From Ophelia neglecta (taxonomy: Eukaryota), in contig OZ260661.1 in the NCBI GenBank assembly GCA_965285935.1, positions 95,976,001-96,040,000 on the forward strand: 64,000 nucleotides of DNA. The letters run 5' to 3'. Under the pieces are notes generated by a model. That model did not search any database and was not told the origin of the DNA. It saw only the letters and a list, made by a program, of their open reading frames with translations. The position numbers and the translations under genes are program-made. This document shows, in pieces, positions 22,301 to 38,400 of this stretch (position 1 is its first letter; each line of letters starts with the position of its first letter).

Positions 22301-24153
22301 AACAGGCATTCGACACAAGCTTCGTCATTTACTGCAAATGTGCCATTTCCCACAGGCAGCACCGCTTAAAACAAGAATTAAGCGCACTGTCCGCAAGACG
22401 AATGCGAATTAAGAGACAGTAAGTAGTTAGTTAGGCGAGTTCCCAGTCCTACTACATGGAAGACTTGCCATATAAGACAGAATTCAGATTAGAATCCACA
22501 GTTTCAAATCACCCAAGTTCCTGTCAATATGGTTATGTACATCCTGCAAGGCTACAATATTCTAATGTTCCCAAGCTCATTTCCTGCCATTTCTCGGAAG
22601 AACTAGTGGAAAATGCTTGTTTCATAAGCACGAGCATGTTTATCATATTTAAACCCTTACGTAAAGTAATATTTCATTAGGCAAAATACATAGTGGCAAA
22701 CTATATTCAAGTGGAATTTTTCGGAGTATGTTCATTAGTCATTGATCGGCCTATCCAACATTAAAAACCTTCATTATAACTACCCCATATCCATATCCAA
22801 AAAAGCTTGTATTTTGTAATTTTTTTTTTTACACAATTGCATGCAATGAACACATTTTGGGTTTCTTTAGTGTGTTAATATGATTTATATTGGACTTCAA
22901 GCAATCAGTTATTACTCATATATACTAATGCTATTCATACGTGTAAAAATGAAAATTGGGTTTCAAAAGGTCAAGGCTAAAAAGCTTGCAGGCGATAGGC
23001 CTGTGATCAGCGACGTCACATATGGCGCTTCATTTGAAATTGAATGGCTGAGCTGAAGCCTAGAGTGACTTCTAATAGGTTAGCGACACTTTGCTGCTGA
23101 ACTGCAATCGTTTCCAGGCGCCTAAAAACCTACATATATAGATTTTTCAACACATGGAATACGATTGTATTAGATATAAAGAATAAAGTGGTGACCGAGT
23201 TTCCCCCTTTACTCCTAACCGAAAAGTAATATCGGTTACTCAGAAATGGCTCTAAATGTCAAATGACGTTTGGCCTTATTTAAAAACAGTCTAAATTAGA
23301 AGAAATTCCTTGGAATAAAACATAAATACCTTATAGAGACCAGACTTTTACAAAGACAGGTACGAAGACAGACACACATTCATATGAATATGCGGTCGCT
23401 GACTCCTGGGCAGGAATCCTTGTCACCCATTTGAGTGGCGATGCACTTTCTACAAGCCTACTCCACCGTGTTGTTGGGTATATGGAGAAAAGGAATAAAA
23501 ATATATTGTGACTGCGTTATGTCTTTGTATATATAGAGTGTGTTCTTAGAAATGGACCTGTTAGTTCAAATGTTTTTGCTTTTGAAAATTCCTTATTAAA
23601 TATTCAAGATAACTCGTCGTCCTGCAGGTTATTTAGTGGATATTTATTTCAGCATAGTCTGGGCTACTGAAATTTTAAAGTTAATTATTTAGTAATTAAC
23701 AGTGAAATACACATTTTACTGGGTTTTTTTCTATCAAATATCGCTTTAATAAAGCGTCCTCTAAGAAAATAAGTTTAATTGTAATGAATTATACATTATA
23801 CCAGGGTGTATAACTAACGATCCTGTTAACGAAATTACCCAAATTTCCCTTAGCTAGGCTATGTGAAATTTCGTCCAATAAATCTCCGCCGCAAATGGCC
23901 GACTGTGCTCACTGGGGTTAAAACTCGTGCTCCTTGGACACTGAGGTTTGGACTGCGGCACTGCCTTGATTCAACCCGTCAAGTGAACCGAAAAAGCAAA
24001 TTGCTGTATATATCAAACAGACGACCTCAGCGAGGTTTACTAACCGCCCGGAGTTATCGTGGCAGAAGTAGCCAACAGTTAAGGACTCTTGCTAGGGTTC
24101 GGGGAAGGGCAGATTCGTCGCGTATTGACGGCACGGCTAATAGGCTTTGAGTA

Positions 24154-24389
24154 CTGTAAACCAGGAAAATTTCGCGACAAGAAAATTTCGCGGGAATCCC
24201 CACAGGATATTTTCGCGCCAGGAAAACTTCGCGCTCAATACCAAAACAGTGAAGTATGTCATGCGTTGCAACTGATTTAACTAGTAGTATTTAGACACGA
24301 AATTTTCGCGAGCAGGTAATTTTCGCGGGTGTCTGCTATTCGCGAAACTCGCGAAAATTTCCTGCTCGCGAAAATTTCCTGGTTTACAG
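24154..24389. mobile_element. MITE with TA target-site duplication (Tc1/mariner-pogo type)
   Basis: ~40-bp TIRs CTGTAAACCAGGAAAATTTCGCGA... / ...TCGCGAAAATTTCCTGGTTTACAG, flanked by TA on both sides; internal TTTCGCG subrepeats. Confidence 0.9.
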
Positions 24390-27300
24390 TACTAAAGCGC
24401 CTTTTGGGCCTCAGAGACCGATCTTGTCACGTGCGGTTATGAAGCTCTCAGCGATGCTTATCACGTGGTGAGCCATCTAGACTAGGTTCAACATGATGTT
24501 CAGGTGTGTGTTACTATAGAGTGTCTACTATAGTTTTCACTGTTAGCTATAATTGTCGACCAGGTTTGGCAGCTCTGAGCGGTATTAACCACAGGTAGCA
24601 ACCAGTATGTCAGCAGCTCGTCTGGCACTCGTGTACCGCACTCACTTCCTGCTCGCATGTAGCTTTGTATTATATAAACAAAACTAAGCTCATATTTATC
24701 GGGAGCGTGTTTTCATTGTATTAGCTTATATCTGTCAGTTACAGCTGATAACTGTAGAGCAGGGCATTGCCTATAGTAGACTGATGAAAATAGTCCTTCA
24801 TATATATAAATATAAATGTATATATATAATTATTTATAGGCCTATATTAAGATACGCTAAAGATGAATATTAGAACTCGACCGAATACTGTTAAAAAATT
24901 GTGCGTACACGTTAGGTTCACACGGATAAGGAATCGCGTAAATTTAATAAGGTCTGTATCATGAATAGATGACAATGCTGCGAAATGACTTGTTTGTGTC
25001 ATTTCCATCATAACTATTATATAGGCCATTGCTTCAACCAGCCTGTGGCAGGCGGCTTATTGTTACCGGGCAACATATTGACAACAATCCCCATTCATGT
25101 TCAAAAGTGCTTTGTTTTGTCATTAATCGTGTGACCGCTTATCGATCCATGGAGACTCTTGTAGTCCGCTGGCTACAAGGCCAATTTGAGCATCCATCGG
25201 TTTTAACGTTTTAACGTGAAAGTAACTTAAAAGGCGTTCTGAAAATTGAGGTGGAACAAGTCGATTTCCACATGTTAAGACGGCTGCTATTTTAATAATC
25301 ACCGCCATTTATACAATATAAGCTACTCAAAATAATGAAAAAGCGTAAATTGATAATTTTAAGATGAAAACTGCAAATATAACTTTAGATGACGTTTAGT
25401 ATGAAAAAATAACTTGTTGATGATGTTCGTCATACTTGTCATTTTTTTCTCAGATGACTGCATGACAAATGAGCACACATTTATCAAATATAATGACATG
25501 TAGGCCTGTAGAAATTCTATGGGATGTGCTAGGTTGGGACAAAGCTAGATATTTTATACCAGAAAGCAAAGGATCAAAAAAAGAAATCGATCAAAATATC
25601 ATCCATTTTCGATTTCAAAATGATGTCATTGTGAACAAATAGCCTGCTGACAGGGGTTGTAAGATCAATATAGCGAGGGATAAGCAGGGCATATCACCAA
25701 CCACACTAGTAAAAAGTATATTTTGTTGTTGTTTAAGCTATACGAGAGCAGTAAATTCTTTGCACTTCGTTTCTTACCTGTTTCATGATTTACTACTATA
25801 TATAAGTGAGACACAAGCAAAAATAAAAAATGATGGATTTTTAAATAGCTGCTATTTTTCGAGATTTCCGGCAAAATCTAATATTCCAATGCTATTGTCA
25901 TTTCTAATTAAGCCCCGTATGTTATTAACGTCTACTTGTGTCATATTTCGAGGCATTTTAGAAGGGAAAATCCTATGAAAGCATAGGATGGATTTCAATG
26001 TGACAGCTAATTTCAAACATTGTCGTTTTTCAACATTCGTTTATTTCTTTCAAATATCATAGGAGCTCAGCTTGATGACAAATCAAATGTCCTCCATGGC
26101 AGCCATTTGATATAGAGAAGCTAATGTAAGTGGTCTCTTTCCAAATCAAGTGCTAGTTTTGAAAAAGCATCATGTTAAAACGGCGTCTATCTTTTTAAAG
26201 AGTGATTCCAATACAATTTCATTAGAGCGGCGAAATAGAGCTGCATAACATATACAAAGGAAATAACTATACGGACAGTCCAAGACGATTGAAATAAATA
26301 GAAAATTTAACTTTTGGATTCTGTATGTTACAAAATATACAAACAATTTGGCCTTTTCCGACGAATGCATCTTTCGTCATTGATCAGTTTGAAATATTGA
26401 CATCCATCAAGAACCACGACCCAGAACGATAACACGTAACATAGCGCTATCTGAAGACCATGCTATACAGGACACATCTACTGGCAGAAATAACACCAGT
26501 TGTCTAACAAATAACCTGCAGAACCAGACAATCCTGCAATGACGGTCACAGACCTCATTTCATGGGATATTCTTATTTTCTTTTATTTTTATTTAATGGC
26601 CTTCAGTCAAGCCCTATGTTTGTTTATTTCGATGAGTAATAACTGCTAGACTTCGTGGTTATCCCGTTCGCAGCATGCCCAAGATAAAGCTATCCTTTTA
26701 AAATATGGTTTGGCCCATACTGATGTGACTTTGCTTAATATATGTTCATGTGTGAAAGTCGATAAGAGAGTAGACTTTATTACTCTTAATCAGATTTATT
26801 ATAAAAGAGAGCACTAAACATTGGATTCAAAATAGGCCTGTCATAAAAATGATGCAATTAATAAGTATTCACAAATGGTAAACCAACCTTACGTTTTAAT
26901 GCACTGCCCGCAACACACCATCGGTCTTTTGAATATCTCTTGGTAAAGAAGTCCATAGCCTGGGATCTTCCCTTCAAGAGAAATGTCTCCTTAAGTCTAG
27001 TGAGTTGTCCGTTAGATTCGACCTAACGGCCATCGCGAAAATGGCAGGTATTAAACATGAGACTTGGAGTAGTTTGGCCTCAAACCTCGTTAGTGCAGCA
27101 TTCAAAAAGCGCTTTTCACTATGACGAAGCAAATGCTTATATAGCACTAGGTAAAATTATATTACATGTAGTAGCTGACCGACAAGAATCGCATCTTTTA
27201 TATATTGAATATGGAGGCCATTGGCATTTTCCATTCTCGCCGTGGTTGAAATACGAGAAATATGACGTTGATCAGTGCGTCATGGGATACCTACACAATT

Positions 27301-30300
27301 CTATTTTGATGTTGTGTTTATAACTGGCATATGTTGTAAAGGAAACCGTGTACTTCTAGAAATATACAAAGGGGCCATTTGCACCATCAACGCTTTGCAG
27401 TTTTATATGCAGTCTGTATAGTGAAGTCCAGTTCTGTTGTCGATCATAGCTAGGCAGTTTTATGAATAATTAAATATTGCCATCCATTAATTTGACACTA
27501 AGCCATGTGCTCTAGCATGTTAAGTAACGATAGATCAGACTTTAGGCTTGTGACGCTACAAGACAATTAAATCTAAAACAACTTTGAACCATCAGTCATA
27601 TATACCGGAAAACAGGAGTAAGCGTATTTTTATCTAGACTGGTGGAGTTAGACTATAGCATCCGATGGTCGCCAGTGGGAATAAAAAAATCCCACCCGCC
27701 TCCGCTGACTTTGGCAAAATAAGGAGCTTGCATTTGATTGGTATCAGCTATTAAAGGCTCGGTTCCGGCGGGCAAAATAGGTCAGGTCAGGTCCCAGGAG
27801 ACGCGCACTGTCCCGCTACTTGAAAAAAAGCCAACGCTCAGGAGAATCATGCTGACCATCTAGACGCTTAGTGCAGCAAAAGCAGCGTTCATTAATCATC
27901 CTCCGGAATCGTTATCTTCCATAGTGTACGCTTATGGAATTCTATTTTTCCCCCAGATTCTGAAATGTTATTTTTCGGTGTTGTCCTAGGCCGAATTTGA
28001 CCGTTATTACTTTTATGGAGTTAACCAGATTACCTCCCAGAAAGGATAGTGATGTCGTCTGCCATGATTAAAGTTTTGGTGAATGTAAAATACTAACAAG
28101 TAAAATAGGAGCATTTATTGTCTCTAACGGCTACCGCCTTACTATAACTAACAGTGAGAACAAATCGTGCGTAGACAAAACGGATCGATTTCTGCATTTG
28201 AAGCACTGCCCTCTTATTTTGATAGGTCCCCCCCCCCCCCACCATTACCAACTTCTTAAGGGATTAGCCAGAAGGCAAGGCAAGCCAACTGCAAACAGTG
28301 ACCGAGAGAGATAATCAATGTATTAAAACTTAGTACACAATGATATAGGCCTAGTATATTTCTTTCTAAATTGGTTTCGCATTTCCATGAATTAATATGG
28401 CAAAAAAAAGCCACCGCCCCTATGTAACAGTTCATGTGGAAAAAAGAAAACCTTCCGCCTTCACTAGGCCCTATATAATTAATGTGAAAAAAGCCTACCA
28501 TCATGACCGTTTGATTCATTGTAAAAAAGCCGCCCTCCTCCCTCTTGTCCAGAAAAATGCCTGAAAATCACCTGTTTCAGGGCAAAAACCAAAATCCCCC
28601 CGCACTATTTTCTTGAAAAAATACATGAGAATCATTTTATTTACTTAGGGTGACCTAACGTGTATGGGATAGGCTGATTTTCGATGCCCTCTTGGGTACG
28701 TCAATACATTGATATCCCATCTCACAGCTCAGTGCATGCATATCCGGTTCATTAATAATATAAATAATAAATTACAAAAATTGGCTGGCTGATTAACTAT
28801 ATGCGAATATATTTTGACACGAGCAAGTGATCTTGTCCTAGAGCGCTGGCCCGAGAGTAATATAATAGCAATTGCATGCAAATATATGGTTTATTTTGTT
28901 TCGGTAGAGGAAGGCAATACTTTTACGTTATTACGTTTGTCAATCATCATTAAACTAATTAAAGCAAGGCTGTCTTGATTATTACTAGTATTCTATAGAT
29001 TTCTTTGGTAGGATTTGGATCAAAGCATTGCCCAATATAGTCAAGGTATGTTCATAACACTGCTTTATTGATAAGTACTGAGCAGGTCACTTACTTAAGA
29101 CCTAATTAGGCCTATATCTCATTATAAATAAGGAGAGTGGTATTTTTGTTAGAATTATCCCCGAGAGTCACTCGTGCGTCCTTCCAGGTTAGCAACGATG
29201 CACACTAGAATTTAATCAATGGAATATTTTCGGCCCATCAATGTTTATAAAGTTTCCTTTATTTGATAGCGTATCTATAAAAATTATTTACAACACGGGA
29301 GTAACGTATAACTAAATATTTGAGACAGAAACGTTATGCGTACACATTTTCATATCTTCATATTTATAAACACGATTTTGTTTTGATCTGGCCCAACTTC
29401 ACGCGCTTCCTTTATTTCGTGGTACGGCCAGTAACCGTTGCAACTTTTACCCTTTTCAAAATAAAAAAAATATGGTGTCACCCAATACAATTGTTTTTGG
29501 TTATTGGAAGAAGATTTATAATTGTTTGCGATATTTAATAGAGTCAGTTTCTGTACTCTTTAAATTTCCATACAAAAATATGAAAAAACGGTTAATTTTA
29601 TAGCTAACCGTACACTGATAGCATCGCCATGCCAAACGGTCTTAAAGACTAATCCGGTTTAAGTAATTTTTTTGTGAAATTCGGTGAAAGTCATTTATAG
29701 GTGAATACTTCCCGCTCAAGTTCAAGCTGGTCAGTTGATTGTGGTATCTCTCTGCCAGCGCTAGTCGCTGGTGTGTTATTCTTAGAAGTATGAACAATCG
29801 GCCAAACGGCACAAGAAATCTTGGAAGGCTTTGTGGATGGACAAGGCCGATAGTCACTACAGTTATAATGTAAGCCTACGTAAGCACGCCCACACCAATT
29901 CCAAACCTCGTCCTAGGTTTAAGATGACCTTTGAATGGATTCTTTGTCTCCCGCCTCAAAAAACAAAACAAAACAAGACTCATATGAAAAGCTGCTTAAT
30001 GTTTCAAATTTATTGTCACCTCTCAAGGCGTGGCAATACGACAACAGTTAAGTCGTTTGCTCGCCTTCAACGTACATTAATTTCCTTGACAGGAAGTTAC
30101 TTTTATTTATTCACCCTCTATCCCTACCGCACATTATAGACATAAATTATATCATGATCTTATTGGGTGATTTGAATGACAAACGCACAGAAAATTATCA
30201 TTTGTTCTTCAGTGTTGATTAAGGTAGTTTATGCTTCTCGGTGCTTGCCGTGTACGGCTTAAATGAACGATGACATGCGGGTTTTTCTGTGGCACCATTA

Positions 30301-32369
30301 TATTAATAACTTGCATTTCAAAATGTGGCACCATTATATTAAAAAATAACATGAACAATAACCCAAATGGAACTAAGCACTAGTAATGAGAAAATCCAAC
30401 TGTTCCAGATAAATATCATTAAGGGAACAAAGGGGGCAGGACTCCAGATTGGAGTATGAGCCCTCAACTTAGGTCCACCAAATAAGTTCAAATTAACAGT
30501 GAGTGCGCTTAAAAAGAAAAAAAAATCCAAGGTGGAAGTCAGATATATACATCAACAAAAACAGATAATTAACATGGGAACCACATGCTACGAGCAAAAG
30601 ACTAACAGATCATGTCCGAGGTTTCACAGGAATCTCGTTTTCCAACAAGAATAGCTTTAAACTCGCATTTCAAAAAATTATTTTTATCTATGGCGTTCAT
30701 ATTTAAACACATTTTATTTTTGTTGTAACTAGGAAAGTAACCTTTATCACAGAAACACTGGATTGGGGTTGATTTTGAATCATTGGCGCAGGTTATGCAG
30801 ATTATGGTATTTTCACAGCCTCCATTATATTTATTGTATACAGCTTTTCAGTGTTTGTTCATTACCTAGTAGAATTATTTACAATGAGATTATAATAGCC
30901 GAGGAGTCGTGTCAAAAAAGCATATTTGGACGAAATACAATATCTTTAAATTCGACCAGTCGCAAATTGGTAAAATGGCATATTGTGTATTAGTTTGTGT
31001 GGATGTATTGATAGAGATAAGACATACGTTATCGATCATAAAAAAACTGATGATAAATGAGTAAACAACTTCTATGGCTCACGCACAAATTCACCAGCTG
31101 TGATATCAAGCTGACGTACGTGGCGTCTAAAATCATCTTCGCGAACTTTATTGTTAGAATTTGATCCCTAGCTTTATTTATTGAATTGGGAAGATGCCAA
31201 GACATCTCCGATAGTGTTATGTACGGTGAATAAACTCAAAACTGTATCTAAATAGATGCAAATACATAGAGCATAGAGAGCAGGTAATTCTGTTTACATA
31301 ATACCGCGGCGCCATCTTTTTGAGAGTATTTGTAAATGTGTGCTGCGAATTGATCTCGTCGGAGAATCCATAATCTGTGCTTTTATTTTTCTACATGGCG
31401 TTTTTTGATCTCGATTAAGGGAGTTTTCCCACGAAGCGTTAAATTCATAATTGTTTATTTTATGTGACAATACGTAAAAGGTGAGCACATGTAAACACAT
31501 TACAGCCTAGTCATATAGACTAGAGCGTTAGCAGCACGGATCTATCAATATATTGTGGCAGGGTGGTATAATAAAATGTATTAAGGGGGGATCATTTGTT
31601 AGATAATAAACACGTTCTGACTTCGCATTGGTAAACGACCTATTGACTTCTATGTACTGAGTGGACAACACAATGTTCTCGCTTAGCACTACCATATTAT
31701 ACACCGACAAAATATTAAGGCGTTACAGAAAAAAAATGTCAAGTTGGCTGGAAATAGAAACAGTGACACAAAACAATATAAAACCTTTAACTGTGTATGC
31801 TTGAACCAATTTCTAAGATTGTCTGTTTTGTACCGTCATTTTAACTTTTAAATTATCTTGATTAAGGCGGTTCTCACCAATCGTATAAAGGAAAAACAGT
31901 CCCATCCTCGAACCACATATGGAGGATGTTATCTTAGCTGCATATTATTGTAGGTATGCATCGGACTTTAAAGAACTAATCTTACATTTAATTTATTTAA
32001 TCCATCCAAATGCGGTTACAGATTTATGTGCAGTAATGGTAATGAGCTTAGGTGGTATGTAGTCTGGCATTTGATAGCTTGTGGTGACCTTTGACCAATT
32101 CAATGGGCTATTCTCGTTGACTGATATGGTTTTGTCTGCCAAGTATTCACTCCTGTTATTGAAGAACAGAATCGACCTTTTGAGCAAGCAGCAATGCTTT
32201 ACCACACCGCGCGACCGGGCCTAGAGGGGCCAATGACAAATGGCTATTGAAAAGACCAGACATTATATTCTGTCAATGTTGGTCAGCATGCCTTATCCGA
32301 TTTGAACGATTTTGAACACACCTGTATCATCTAACTAGAGTCAATGGACTTGATAGATTCTCAACTCGG

Positions 32370-32437
32370 ATAGAATTGGTATAGAATTGGTATAGAATTG
32401 GTATACAATTGGTATACAATTGGTAAACAATTGGTAT
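32370..32437. repeat. 11-bp tandem repeat (ATA[G/C]AATTGGT), ~6 copies
   Basis: Directly visible array. Confidence 0.9.
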
Positions 32438-35400
32438 AGGTATAGCTGATCGACAACTTCAAATTTTAGGAACTCCGGTTAAATCACCTAGGAATATTCG
32501 GCTTTTCGTACCATCAAACCCAAAAACGCCTTAAATACCCTGTTCGAGTCTAGCGACAAAAACAATATGGCGTTAAATTAGGCCGATCATGAAACAATGA
32601 AGACAGGATAATGTTAGCGCAAGCTATACTGTTCAGGTAGATGCCAGCCGGGTGGACAAACACGTATCTCGCGATCAAACACATTGTATTGATGCAATGT
32701 AACCATGATCTTCAGAATTACATATTGGAAAACATCGTGCACACTGACAGCTGAAACAATTGTGGCTGCCCGCTGGTTTAGCACCAATTAATAGTGTCAA
32801 TATTTGTTGTTTTCCTGATGTATATCCCTTTAAGGAACTAAGATGGATGAACATCTTCTGATGTCATGACCTCTTGCTCGAAGTTACGTGCCTTTAGCTG
32901 GTACCTGCTGCAGCATTGCTATGCAAATCTGGGTACCTTCATACCCTACAAGGATAATCGAGATTCCACAATTCCTTATCGATGTTGCCCCGCAAAGTTC
33001 ACTACGAAAATAACTAGCCATTAAAGGTATATAAAAGATTCACAAATGTTTCACAAATAGAGTCAAATATGACCAAAATGCTATGGACAAATTTCTGTTT
33101 GAACCAGTGCCAGTATCCCTATCATATTCGTCTGACACACTCTCATTGTCTTAGAATGTCCTTATTTTGTGTTGGCACTCTTTATCGAGACCAGGTAATC
33201 ATGAAACTGTATGTGTTTAATTTAAAGTTCATCGCCCCAAAGCCCAATCCAACAGAAGGATTTCTCGTCGGTTTCCGAGTAATTACAGTAAAGGCGTTCT
33301 GAAAACTCAGTAACAATATGATGGGGAATATGATCGAAATGTCGCATGTGATTGTTGAGCTAATTTATTGGTCTATGCGGATGACACGTCTTTGTTATTC
33401 ATGGAAGGGGAAATTGAAAATCGAGCTCTAAAAGTAGTTGTTCATCAAAGAGGATATCATGTTATTACCTGCCGACGTTTCGCCAACAATGCTGTGGCAG
33501 GTTGTCGTTGCCTAGATATACGCCTACTGTCAAGTGAAAGAGGCGGATGTGTACAAATGAGATCGTGTAATAAATATCTGAATACAGTAGCCTATCTAGA
33601 TGGCGATTGGTACGCGTGCCATAAATGAAATACCGAGTATTTTACAGATATCTAGTATCTTGTTTGGATCTTCAAACCAAGCTTTAGTAAACCCATTGGA
33701 AGTCATACATTTCCTTAAAGTACTCAAAGTGCATAATTTTTAGTACCCCCCCCCCCCTGGAAACAACTTATAATTGCATATACAGCTGTATAAACAACCT
33801 GGGAATAATATATATGATGAATGTATCTGTGTTACAGCTCACAGGCCTACTTATCAGACAATGATCTTACGGGTAGGCCGATAACGTCAGGACTGTCTCC
33901 ATTAACCTCGTAAAACAAACCTCAAATTTCCTTGGGCTTGCCATGATCATTTCTCATTAACCAACCATTATGTTTTCATATATAAGAACTGTATTGTACA
34001 TTCGTGCGGCGTATTGTACCAGCATATTTTCTTATTCCATCTTATACCATATTGTGGCTTATAGATTCTGTAAATTTAATTAATGATAGCATGTACCAGC
34101 TGGGCATTAACTATTTCCCGCACAGGCCTCCCCCATTACTTTTCTATTTACCCTACAATTTCTGTTTATGGTTGCTTATTTACTGTATAAACGTGTTGCG
34201 TGGTCTATGAATTCGAACAATTGCAAACAATTTATATTAAGCAATGGGACGATCTGATCCCAAAGTAGGCAAAGTGACACTATTATCATTATAACAAAAT
34301 TGTCCCAGACGATCAATGTTGGTAACCAAATTATCGCAATACGCCACAATCCTAGACTTACAGCGTTTTAATTGACAATGAACAATAATCTGCGAAACGA
34401 AGGTTGATATAGCTAATTATATATTATAGATAGAAAAAAAAAGTATACTGCATTAATCTAACCATTCATAAACAATAATAAGTACAATCCGTACAATAAT
34501 TTCCAGGATGCCTATAGGAAAATATTAAATAGGCAGTACAGCACAATAAAACAATGTATTGTTTTTTTGTATGTTTTATATAGTTAAATGATCTTCATAG
34601 GTGTTTCCCTTGGTTACTTGTGTTACCAGCAAGACAAAGTTCTTCAAACTTCGTGTTCGGCGGCGGCTGGGCGCCGTCCGGTACTTTGTGCATGGCATAC
34701 ATGTTGTGAATCAGATCTGGATAGTTTATGACGAGGATAAAAAACAAAATGGCCGCCGCCGGCATGGTCTTAAATACCCTGTGTTTTGCGAAACAATCAA
34801 TCACACCGCTCCTAATGGGTTGTTCCCCCTCTCTCCCCTTGCTTTCACTTTATTTACGGTGGAAATATGATAGGGTATACCTTTTCTAGTTGCATGTCGT
34901 CAACATTATATATATATATATATATATACATGTAAGGTGACGTCATGGTTGTTTTGACTATTTTGATAGCATGTGACTTAGACGAGTAGATGATACTGAA
35001 AGGTGAGGACAATCAAGCCAGTTAGCCTCAATGTATCGAAAGGAAGGTGGGCGCAAGTTTCTCTGGTTTACCCAGCCCCGGCCTAGCTATCAATACCAGC
35101 AGGATTCCTGGCAAATGTGCACTTCCCAAGTCGTATTCATAGCTTAAGGAGGTAGAAATGGCGTAAATAATGCAGTCGCAATTTTGTCTGTCGGTCGATA
35201 ATGTTGGCAAGTGTTTCGATAATTTATTTTTGCTTTCAGTTGCAACATCCATAATTGATATTGAATCATCCACGGGTTGAAGGGTACTAATGAACAACTC
35301 TTGCTCCGTCGGATGGTGTTGTCTATTAGGGGTCCTGTCTCATAAACGGTTATTTGCATACCATTATAATGTAATGTACAATGCGCGCCAGGTGAATAAG

Positions 35401-38400
35401 TCAATCTAGTAGTCCCGAGGTTGTGGGGGAAAGAGCTGAACTATTGCCCGAGACCCGAGGGTCGAGGCCATTAATTCACATCCGCTCTCCCGAGGGAAGC
35501 AATTGAATACTCCAGATGTAAAAGTGCTGAAGTGATTATGCATTTCCACGTATAATAGTTAATATTCATTTGAGACAGGGACACTGATTTAGTGCGTTTT
35601 TACCATATTGAAAGTTTTTAACAAATTGAAAAGTGGTTTTTATGAATATTTTATAACGTTAAATAAATATTTTTGTGATTATTGAGACTTTTTTTTGCGT
35701 TTTTTTTTATAAATTAAAAACTTAGTGAAGAAGGTGGGCACTTCAACCATATGATAACATTTTTCTGCTGATTAGCTCAGATCAAAGCGATATACACTTG
35801 GTCTCCACGAATGAATTAGGTGATTAAAAATACATGCACGATTTGGCCAAAGCAGAAATGATTCCGGTTGGCCAAAATTAAGTCCAGCTGCCAACTAGGT
35901 TATAGCCAGGTCTCACCCGATGTCTATTTGAAGATCTGTCCGCCCTTCGTAGCAGACGAGACTGCTCGAATTGAAAGTGACCTCGCCAATTCAGGTTTAG
36001 CATGTCAAAGGGAATTGACATCAGGCCCCTCCAAAGAAAAATAAGAAAATCCAGACGAAGCTTTCGACCTGTTATTGGCACTTCCAAGAATGCTAGTTAT
36101 AAGAAATCGATGCCAATCCCGATGTTAGCCTATTGTAGCTATTAAGACGGTAGAAAGTGCCAAACTCCTCCCTGGCTGAAGATGAATGCTACCCACAGGT
36201 GTCATCAAGCACCCTACAAACGACGGTAGTCAGCGGGTGTGAACTAGGCTACAGCGAAATCCTCCTCAAGACAATACTCCATCTGACGCCCATGAATCTC
36301 CAGATAATCTACAACATCAAACTGTAGATCATCTCAGATATTAGTGTTTTTGTCCAATTACCACTTCATTTTCTGCTACATATTTAAAAAGAAACTACAA
36401 TGCATGGCCAAATTGAATATTTTTCTTTTTCGAAAATTTGATCGGTGCATGGAACGAAGTATCAATTGTATAACAGCCTAAATATTCATCGTCTATCGTT
36501 TGGGCTTTGAAATAACCGTATTTACCAGACTTAGATCTTTCTGAATATTTGTTTTGAGATTAAATGTTCTATATCACGATTTCTTATCGTTATATTCCCC
36601 GACATCATATTTTTTTTCTTTCAATTTTATCTTTGGTTTTTGAGTTCGTATTTGGAGTGCGAAGTTATTATGTATTACAGTTAAGTGCGTTAAATGAGTA
36701 GTCCCTTAAATAAGAAATTTGTTACTTTTAATCTGTTCAAAATTGTTTGGTTGAACCGGAGTGCATTACAATATATTAAACCTATAAAGGTGTTCCTAAA
36801 ACAGTTTGTACATGGAACAAGTTACCAAGACAGCACAAGGACGAATGAAACATATTTTATGATATTGATGTGCCTCTTTCGGTGTACTATTAAATCAGCA
36901 AACCACACTATGGACCGCATCCATGTTATCAATCTAAATATAATGATTTCATAGGTTCACACATCGTACATTTGCCGTTCATACTAATCGCTAGGCATAT
37001 AGTTATAACAGAAGAAAATACCTTTAATTTCCAGCATGTAGGGTTTAAAAATATGAATTCTAACGTTATATATTTTTTTACACCTAGTGAATTGTAGATT
37101 TCATAGTTGTGCCTGTTGGGATTGATCTGATTATTATTTCTGAACAACATTGCACTTCCTGTGTACTTCGATGGACCTAGGTGGTTGGCGCACAGAAGAA
37201 GTAAATCTCAGTTTTGGGAATGTTGTAGCCCTACTTTTGTACAGTAAGATGAAGCTTGTATTATTGATACCAGGCATCTGAAAATACATCTATAGGACCA
37301 CCATGTAGTTTAAGCCACTCAAACAAAGTCACCGCGATCTAGCCCTCCGGACTGAAGCCAATTTATCGATCACGCAAACGCGATTTATACGAAAATGAAA
37401 TATCCAAATCCATTCAAAGGCAAATCGGACATGTTTCACGTATATTTCACAGCACAAGTAAACGTCTGTCTTCATAAGGCATGCACCTCTATACGATTGG
37501 CTTTAATCAGGCCCATTTCCACTATATTAGTTAGAAGACAGAAAGGCTTAAACTGATTCTGGTATTTTCATTACGTGTTTTATCAAAGTTTCGACCTGTC
37601 ACTACTCAACCCTAAAGATAATATTGCAGCTCATGTAGAACAAACCATCAGCTGCCTGATTTTAATAAATTGTATTCCTCTACAGTCTCGTTGAAGTCCT
37701 CATTGATCTACAGGGGATTCCCACGCACGTTTGTTGACGGGCGTTCTCCTGCTCGGATTGTGGACACTTCCGGTGAGGATATTTATAACTGGGCGTCGGT
37801 GCCTCTGCTTTATAAGGTATAAGCTTCGTGTTAAAGTCTCGACACCTGGGAGCATGACCACTAACGCTAAATAAGCAGCCTGCCACAGGCCAGTTGAGGC
37901 TGTTTTAAGCCGGTTCCTCGCGTCATTACATTGCCTTGCAGGCTCTGCTTCCTTTTATGACATTATCGCCCTTAGAAAAGTTTATTGCCCATTTCGCCCG
38001 ACCAAAGCTTTATGTGTCCAGTGAACATAGCTAAGACGGGGGCTGCAAATTGCTCAGGGGACTGTAGGCTGAATCTTCTTGTCTTTTATATTGAGATATA
38101 TGAGCAAAGCCTGAATATCGGTAATCAGTCTTTTTTTTACATACAGTGAGATGGTACCAACAACTTGTATAAGCCAATTACAAGCAATCGTCAGACGAAT
38201 CCAAGGAATTTAACAGAACTTTAGGGTGCCACAAAAAGGTCCTTATTGGGTCAGTGCTGAAAGGCTGCACAGAAAATATCATTATACCTGATTACTTGAG
38301 ACCAACTATGGATATTTTGTGTGCAGCATTAAGGACATCCCTGTAGACGGGTGCTCAGAAAATTACACTCTCGCTTTTTAGGAAGGAATGTCTTATCTTC

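Noticed and set aside
23390-23475. Possible tRNA-derived SINE head on the - strand
   Set aside because: A and B boxes are too degenerate, there is no cloverleaf, and it cannot be supported without a repeat library.
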